Shown: positions 56,335 through 64,000 of the stretch, one piece after another | How positions within the stretch are numbered: position 1 is the stretch's first letter | How the letters are laid out: each line of letters opens with the position of its first letter | Source of the DNA: Eledone cirrhosa | Lineage: Eukaryota | Length of the DNA stretch: 64,000 nucleotides | Reading direction: 5' to 3' | NCBI GenBank assembly: GCA_964016885.1 | Contig: OZ024742.1 | Location: forward strand, 316,882,001-316,946,000 | Made by a program: the position numbers and the translations under genes | Notes under the pieces: generated by a model | Database searches by the model: none | Told to the model about the DNA's origin: nothing | Seen by the model: the letters and a program-made list of their open reading frames with translations, nothing else

Positions 56335-59300
56335 TCACCCACCTTTCATAAAACTGTCTGGGGCTAAGCACTTCTCTCTCCATCCTGATCCTTCTTCCGA
56401 AGTGGTATCGGAAGAAGTAAACCAGTGTTGGCCGGAGAGAAAGTCACCAGACCTCAGACCTTTCAGGCGCGTCCACCACACAACCTCTTTCATCATGGCT
56501 ATTACGCACAGAAAGACCGCCTTTGCTTCATTTCTGAAGGGAGGAGGCGGCTTGATGTTCACCACAGACTCGACGGTCAATCGAATCGGCGCCACACGCG
56601 ACAGCAGTCGTTCGACGTAGCCCCACAGATCGGCGACGCCCGGGCAGTGTACCAGTGCGTGCGCACGCATCTGGGACAGATCTTTTTCGCGGGATCCCTG
56701 CCCGGGCGTCCATGTCTGTAGAGCTTTTCTCGAACGGGCAGAGCCCCCCAGTAGCACTGTCAGGCTAGGGACCTCTGGAAGTTGTCTATGGGTCCCGGGC
56801 CGAAAGTTCTACCGAACAGGCTGGCCAGTTCGTCCACCTCCATGCCTAGCGACTCTCCAAGGGTGTCGTCGCCTCTGCTAGCCACCAGCCCTCTATAGAA
56901 TGTCGAGGTGGATTCTCCACTGATAGTCGGATCCGCTTGCCAGAGAGCCGTGAGCGCCTGGGTACACTCGGTGTGCCAGTTGCCCAGTTTTCTCGGTCTT
57001 TGCTTCACCCAGGATTGCAGCTCGGTGAGCGAGACGAGCTGTGGGAAGGCTCGCCTCACAACCGGGGCCCACACCGGCTGACCGGTGAGGAATACCTGTA
57101 GATGCCGTAGCCTCAATGCGTGCCTACGTATCAACAGCCATGGCATACCCAGCCCTCCTTTCGAAGGGTGCTGGCAGCAGATGGATCTCCTCACCATGGG
57201 AGGCCGCTTCTTCCAGAGGAACTGGAAGAGAATGCGCTCCATGATGGTGAGCGTTTCCTTGGGGCAAGGCACGACGGTCAGGCGGTAGTAGATGACGGAC
57301 GCTATGTAAGCGTTCGTCACCTCCGCCCGACCTTTCAGTGATAGTTTGCACTTGGCCCACTTCTGGGTCAGCGCAAACACCCTGCTCGTCACCTCGCCCC
57401 AATTCTTCTCCACCTGGAGGTCTGGTCCGAACCAGACCCCGAGCAGCTTCACCGGGCCCTCCGTCCACCGCCCGATAACACCGTCTAACTGCATCGGTTT
57501 GCCCCTCCACGTTCCGAGTTGCAAACCGACTGACTTGTCCCGGTTCAGCCTAGCCCCCGTCAGCCTTTCGTATTCCTCCAGTAGGGTGGCGATCGCCCCG
57601 ATTTCCGAGGCGTCCGCCACCATTACTGTTACGTCGTCGGCATAAGCCGAGACCGCTTTGTGCAATCCCGGTTCCAGGAGTATGCTCCGCAGCAACTCCA
57701 ACTTCCGCAGCAGTGGCTCGAGAGCCAATACGTATAGAAGGGAGGAGAGGGGGCACCCCTGCCTGATGGACCGGGTGATTTGAAACGGCTCCGAGAGCTA
57801 GCCGTTTACTTTAACCCTAGAGCAGACGTTGCCACTGTGCATGGCAGAAATCCAGCCCCTGAAAACGGGTCCGAAGCCCGCCGCCGCTAGCACCGCATCC
57901 AGGTAACCATGGTCGACCCTATCGAACGCCTTAGATTGAACCATGTTGATCAGGGCCCCACCAAAGCCGGGTTCGTTCCCAACCCTCTCTACGCTGTATC
58001 GCATGAGGTGGAGGTTGTCGTGAATGGACCTGGACGGGATAGCGCATGTCTGCGCGTCTCCCACCAAACCACCCACCACAAGCGCCAACCTCTTCGCCAA
58101 CATCTTGGCCAAAATCTGTAACTCTGCATTCAGCAGAGTTATGGGCCTAAAGTTACTTAAGTCGTCCCCCTTGCTCTCGTCCTTCCTCACTAGCGTGACT
58201 ACGCCCTTGGTCACAGAACAGGGAATTCTCCCGTTCTGTTGCCAATGCAATAGACAGCCTCGAGGAGTTCGGAGAACAAGACCGGCTTAGCTAAATAAAG
58301 TTCGTATGGTAGACCACCGAGACCCGGAGATTTGCGTCTGCTGCATTGGTTGAGCGCTTCCCCGCTTTCAGTGGCTGTGATTGGCCTTTCGCAGCACTCC
58401 GCTTCGCCGCTCGAAAGACGCGGTAGACCGTCGGGGTATGGACCGAAGTCCACATCCCCGTCCGACCCCCGACCCCTCCGAACAGTCGAGCAAAGTGCCG
58501 TTGAAAGGCCTCGCACATCCGCTCAGGTTCAAGGATCACCCGTCCATCCTGGTCTCGCAAAGACCGAATGGTGGATTTAATCCCACTCTTGGCTTCTGTC
58601 ACGCGAGCCCAACTAACAGCTTTGGTCCCCTCGTTTCCTAAAGCACGTATTTTACTTCGGACAACGCAGCCTTCGTGCTTCGCGTCAAAGAACTGGCTCA
58701 ACGCCGTTCTCGACGCTAACACTCTGGCCACGTCTCCGCTCATAATCGCCTCTTCTAGTTTATCTGTTAACTCCCTTTCCCTCCTTTTTCTATTCGCCGC
58801 TAGTTCCTTACTGTAACCTGTCGAACTTACTCTAATCTCTCTCTTTAGAGATACCCACCACCTGCTGTTGACGATCGCTCCCGTTAACCGCATCTTAACT
58901 AAGCTACTAATCCGGTTCCTGTAAGCTTCCTTTACCGGCAAGGACAAGTTCATCTTCCGGTAACCGGGACCCTGTCTATGCGTTCTATCAAGGTTGACCA
59001 CGCAGGTCACTAATTTGTGATCTGAATAGCCAACCATGAGCAATTCTAGACAACTAAATACGTCCCTATCCTTACTGTAACCAAAAACCTATCTAGGTAA
59101 GATCTAGATTGACCACTGCGGTTTGCCCAGGTCCAGGTTGGCACAGTTGGAAAATCTAGTCGAAATCTATCGACCAGGTCGAATCGATCGAGTAACCCCT
59201 TGAGGCTGCTACACCCCCCTCTATCGGGACATGCCCCTGCATAGTCCCAACGCGCATCTAGGATTCCATTCCAGCCCCCCCACTAAAAGCAGGGTACGCG

Positions 59301-59548
59301 ACGTTCCTAGAAAAGTCTCCAGACGCTGGAAGAAGTCGGCTCTTTCAGCCCCGAAGGGGGCATAAAGACCGACCAGTCTGAAAGCCCCGCCTTCACCGCC
59401 TCCGACGTCCAGCACCAGTAATCGACCCCCCGGGTCCGAGTGAAAAATCTGTACGTCGAGAGCCAGACGTTTATCCAGCAGTACGGCAACCCCACCCCCG
59501 CCTCCGGGTTGACAGAGAGATGCGTGCATCCAGAGGGACCTTTATCAT
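56335..59548 (-). pseudogene. ORF2 (APE endonuclease, reverse transcriptase, CCHC), multiply frameshifted
   Basis: GGGVAVLL, LYAP, SDHK, KSPG..GLP, FRPITLLN, KAFDRVDH and AYADDVT across several ORF-track pieces. Probable start MIKV (~59548) followed by an internal deletion. Confidence 0.9.
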
Positions 59549-59881
59549 TTTTAAATGGGTGAAGTTCTCTGTTGAGATAAAGTTTGGCCCTTCGGTCTGC
59601 ACCAAAGGGCTATTGTTTATTAATTTAAACAGTTTTTTGTTTTCTTTATTTATATATGTGTATTGCAAAGTCTTTTTTGTGATGCTGTCAATGTTTCGGA
59701 GAGGGGAGGCGCAGATTTATTTTTGTTTGTCGAGGGTGGGGTGTTTTTGATTGGAGTTGGTGTTTGTGTGTGGGTTATTTGTTGTTGAGGTGTGCTGGGT
59801 GTGTGCTTTCGTTTTTTTCTTTTAACTTGTCTGAAGGCTTCTCCTCCTTCTTCTTCAGAAGTTGGGAGGAACTCTTCAGCG

Positions 59882-61120
59882 CTAGGTGGGAGGGACGTGG
59901 TGTCTGGTTGTTTTTTTGCGGGAGGGGTAGATTTGTTGCGGTTTTTTTTTATTATTTGTTTGGAATGCGTTTTGTGGTGGTGGTGATGTTTGTGTCGTGC
60001 TTGTGGCTGGTGATGGTGGTGGTGATGTTTGTGTTGTGGTTGGTGATGGTGGTGGTGATTTTTGTGTCGTGCTTGTGTTTGGTGGTGGTGGTGGTGATGT
60101 TTGTGTTGTGCTTGTGGTTGGTGGTGTCTGTATTTTGTTTGCTGTGTGTGGTATTAGTGTATTTTTGGAGGTGGGTGGTGTTGGTGTACTGTTTGTGGTG
60201 GGTGTGGGCAATAGTCCTTTTTGGGGGATACGATTCGGGCAGTTAGCCTTAACGTGTCCCCTTTCCGTGCATGAATAGCATGCTGGTCTTCTCCCCTCTA
60301 CAATTATATATATTGGGGTGAGGTCATCCAGCCAGATGCGATCCGGGATTTGCGCTATTCTTTCGGGCCTCATTTGGACTAGTAGGTCGAGGCCCATTCC
60401 CAGGAACGCATCTCCAGATGCCTTCCCCATTGACTGCACTGTGTCCTCGCCCATGTCTATGAAGCCAGCAATAGCCCACCAGAAGTCCATTGTGGGCAGA
60501 ATTGTCTGTATTTTGACTCTCTGTGTTCTTCTACCCATGTAGGAGGGATAGAAGCTGTATGCTGTTGATGAGAGTGGGCTTAGGGAAAGCCTCTGCGCTG
60601 TTTCCCTGTCTTTTGTTAAGACCGAAATGCTGCCATAGAGTCGGTCCTTTCGTATGAAGAGAATATTCTTCATATAGTCTTTTAGGACCAACTCTATCTC
60701 CATTTGGCTGGGTTGTGCTGGTTTTCTCGTTTGGTTTAGGATTGTTCTAAACAGAACAGTGCTTTCTATTCTCGTTTTCTTGAATTCTGGGCTGGAATTA
60801 ATGGAAAACATTCCGTTCTCCCCCAAGACTATGTGTTTTTTTGCTTCTGGCAGTTTCTCTCTGGCGGCAGTTAAGTCTATAGGTGTATATATTATAGATT
60901 TTTTTGTTGTCTGGGCAAAAGTTGCGTTGTTGTTTTTTGTATTCTTATTTTCTGTTTGTTTGTTTTCCGTTTGCTCATTTTCCGTAACATTTGTTTTTTC
61001 ATTTTCCTTGTTTATTTCGTTGTCTAGTTTTGTTGTATCCATTTTTTTGTTCTTCAGACTTGGGAGGCGTGGCAGAGCTAATGGCAGACATGTCTGCCTT
61101 CTTTCCCGCCATGCTGCCAA
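59882..61120 (-). CDS. LINE ORF1 (gag-like nucleic-acid-binding protein with zinc knuckle)
   Basis: 412 aa ORF with CYSCTERGHVKANC (CX2CX4HX4C) and a Thr/Pro-rich repeat tail, upstream of ORF2. The true start and stop are uncertain. Confidence 0.8.
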   Translation of the reverse strand: MAAWRERRQTCLPLALPRLPSLKNKKMDTTKLDNEINKENEKTNVTENEQTENKQTENKNTKNNNATFAQTTKKSIIYTPIDLTAAREKLPEAKKHIVLGENGMFSINSSPEFKKTRIESTVLFRTILNQTRKPAQPSQMEIELVLKDYMKNILFIRKDRLYGSISVLTKDRETAQRLSLSPLSSTAYSFYPSYMGRRTQRVKIQTILPTMDFWWAIAGFIDMGEDTVQSMGKASGDAFLGMGLDLLVQMRPERIAQIPDRIWLDDLTPIYIIVEGRRPACYSCTERGHVKANCPNRIPQKGLLPTPTTNSTPTPPTSKNTLIPHTANKIQTPPTTSTTQTSPPPPPNTSTTQKSPPPSPTTTQTSPPPSPATSTTQTSPPPQNAFQTNNKKKPQQIYPSRKKTTRHHVPPT

Positions 61121-61327
61121 GAAAGAAGTTTTACAGAAAAATAGTTATTTATTTTACCCCCTAAAAAGGGGGTAAATGTAAAAATGTTTCCCTAAATAAC
61201 AGGGGTAAGTGTTCCAAATGTGTTGCACTGAAAAAATTCACTGGTACTTACTATAGTAAGGGTAAATTCCGATAGAATAGCGGAGCCGATGTGAAGCGTG
61301 TCTCATTCTATCAAGATAGATATATAG

Positions 61328-61407
<80 letters not shown>

Positions 61408-61569
61408 TAGGAAAATGTTCAAGACCCCGGCGGCAGAGCTCAAGCCGTTTCGACGGCTCTTTCTGGACTAAGTCCTGTTACCCACTCTACTACCCTAAGT
61501 ATTGAGTACTCTGCTGCTTTATGGTCCACCTGGTTCCTTACCACACTTCCTTCGTGATATAGATATATT

Positions 61570-63678
61570 TCCTTATTTGCCACAAGGGCGCACAAGAAAA
61601 GGGGACAATACAAAGACAAATGCCAGGGATTTTACATACAGTCGTGTAAAAAAAGAAATATATATATATATAAAACAAACAAACAATTATAACAATCGAA
61701 ATCCTCAATAGGGGGGAGACGCCACAATTGGGTTGTTTAATACCCCGTCGATAGAACAACCCTCAACTTCAGAAGCGTGTTGTGAAAGTGCTCCCTTCTT
61801 CCTTTTGCTCTCTTTTTTAACCTACAGGCTTATAAACAGAGAAGACTTAATCACTCGGGCCATTTTCGCTTCATTCACCCACCTTTCAGTAAATTTACTG
61901 GGGGGCAGTGCCTCTCTCTCCACTCTGATTCTTCTTCTAAAGTGATACTAAAAGAAGGGAATCAATAGTTGTCCGGAGAGAAAGGCATCTGTCCCCAGTC
62001 CTCTCAATCTCGTCCACCATATAACCTCTTTCAGCATAGCCACTGTACAGAGGAAAATAGCCTCTCTTTCGTTTTTGAAAGAGGCTGGCGGTTTGATCCT
62101 TACTATGGACTCGGTAGTCAACTGGATTTGTCCCATACGCGACAGCAGTTGTTCTGCATAGTTCCACAGGTCGCTTACACGTCCTCTTGGAAGGATCCCT
62201 GCCGAGGCGTCCGTGCCTGTAGTTCTTATCTCGATCGGGTAGAGCTCCTCGGTAGCACTTCCAGGCCAAGGACCTCTGGAAGTTGTCCATAGGTCGCGGG
62301 CGGAAAGTCCTACCGAACAACTGGTGAGCTCGTCGTCTTCGATGCCTAGAGGTTCCCCGAGCACGTCGCGCACTTGTAAAGTACTAACACTATAGAATGT
62401 CGAAGTGGAGTCTCCACTGATTGCTGTGCCCGCTTGACAGAGGACTGTGAGCGCATGGGCGCATTCAATGTGCCAGACGCCCATCTTCTTCGATCTTCGC
62501 TTGACCCAGGACTGAAACTCAGTCAGCGAGACAAGTTGTGGGAAGGCCTGTCTCACAAACGGTTCCCACACCGGTTGGTCGGTGAGGAATACCTTAAGAT
62601 GCCGTAGCCTCAGCGCATGTTTGCGCATCATTAGCCACGGCATGCCCAGCCCTCCGTTGGAAGGGTGTTGACAGCAGACGGATCTCCTCACCAGTAGAGC
62701 CCGCTTCTTCCACAGGAACTGGAAGAGCATGATTCCATCTTGGTGAGTTATTCACGGGGACAAGGCATGACAGTCAAGCTCTAGTAGATGACGGACGCTA
62801 TGAAAGTGTTCGCCACCCCCGCTCGACCTTTCAAAGGCAGTTTGCATTCTGCCCACTTCTGGGTGAGCGCAAATACCTTGGCCATCACCTCGTTCCAGTT
62901 TTTCTACAGCTGGAGGTTTGGACCGAACCAGACCACGAGCAATTTCACCGGTCCTCAGTCCAGCGTCCGACGACGCTGTCGGACGGCATAGGTTTGCCTC
63001 TCCACGTTCCGAGTTGCAAACCGACAGACTTGTCCGGGTTCAGTTTTGCTCCTGTGAATTTTTCGTATTCCTGTAGTAGGTTGCCGATTATCTCGATTTC
63101 CGAGGTTTTCGACACCATTACAGTCACCGCTTTTTGCAGTCCCGGTTCTAAAAGGATGCCCTGCAAAAGCTCCAACTTCCGCAGTAGTGGCTCTAGAGTC
63201 AATACGTACAGAATGGAGGAGAGAGGGTATCCCTGTCTAATGGAACGCGTGATTGCGAACGGCTCCGATAAGTATCCGTTCACCTTGACCTTCGAGCAGA
63301 TGCTGGTGTGCATCGTCTTGACCAGCCTCTGAAAACGGGACCGAAACCGGACGCCTTGAGAACCACTTCCAAATATCGATGGTCGACCCTATCGAATGCC
63401 TTAGACTGATCTGAATTGATCAGAGCCCCACCGAAGCCGAGTTTACACTCCACCCTCTCTATGATGTATCGCATGAGGTGGAGGTTGTCGTGTATAGACT
63501 TGGTCGGGATTGCACACGTTTGTGCTTTCACTACTAGGTTCTCGACAAGCGCCAGTCTCGTTGCTAGCACCTTGGCCAAAATCTTTAACTCTGTGTTGAG
63601 AAGAGTTATGGACCTGAAATTGTTTATTTCGTCCCCCTTGCTTTCGTCTTTCCTGATCAGCGTTACTACGCCCTTGCC
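61570..63678 (-). mobile_element. Second Tx1/L1-like copy, 5'-truncated within RT, frameshifted
   Basis: KAFDRVDHRYL, IRQGYPLS and GGLGMPWL. Paralogous to 56090-58210. The 5' junction abuts (ATAG)/(AT)n. Confidence 0.9.
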
Positions 63679-63702
63679 TTCGTTATATAGATAGATAGTT
63701 AG

Positions 63703-63783
<81 letters not shown>

Positions 63784-63904
63784 CAGTACAGAAATTACTT
63801 TTATTGGACTAGAACTGTTTCATGCATATGAAAACATCATGAGTGTCTTGGAGAATTATTACGAATGAAACGTTTCTATTCTTGCTGAATCCATCTCTTT
63901 ATAA

Positions 63905-64000
63905 AATAATTGTTTTTACTTTTGGCACAAGGCCAGCAATTACCCAGTACATTTCTGGTACTTTATTTTATCGACCTCGTAAGGATGAAAGGCAAAGTTA
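63905..64000 (-). mobile_element. tRNA-derived SINE 3' part (runs off the window)
   Basis: GGCACAAGGCCAGCAATT...TTTATCGACC..GTAAGGATGAAAGGCAAAG. Confidence 0.8.

Larger units (their letters stand above)
56089..61315 (-). mobile_element. Near full-length, inactivated Tx1/L1-like non-LTR retrotransposon
   Basis: ORF1, broken ORF2 and a 3' UTR with AATAAA. Both ends abut (ATAG)n/(AT)n/(AG)n. Confidence 0.9.

Noticed and set aside
57085-63694. Plus-strand ORFs over the LINE copies
   Set aside because: Antisense shadows of GC-rich ORF2/ORF1 sequence.

Overview
This is AT-rich, microsatellite-dense animal genomic DNA. The SINE families and repeat landscape suggest an octopus or other cephalopod, which is an inference. 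No intact host protein-coding gene is recognisable, and almost all long ORFs in the track come from microsatellites or antisense frames. The window is largely decayed retroelements: R4/Dong-like RLE LINE fragments, an RTE LINE, three Tx1/L1-like copies (one near full-length), two Penelope-like element (PLE) remnants with RT and/or GIY-YIG, tRNA-derived SINEs and a probable non-autonomous DNA transposon. The main signal sits in the non-coding islands between (AT)n tracts. About ten sequence families (more than 25 copies) each carry a type I hammerhead ribozyme (HHR) fold, arranged as tandem arrays (retrozyme-like) or fold-back inverted duplications (PLE pseudo-LTR-like). Three families use the compensatory U3-A8 core (TTGANAA), several have ~55-105 nt helix II insertions, and one has a recurrent CAGAAGA core. 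All folds were paired by eye and none has been tested.
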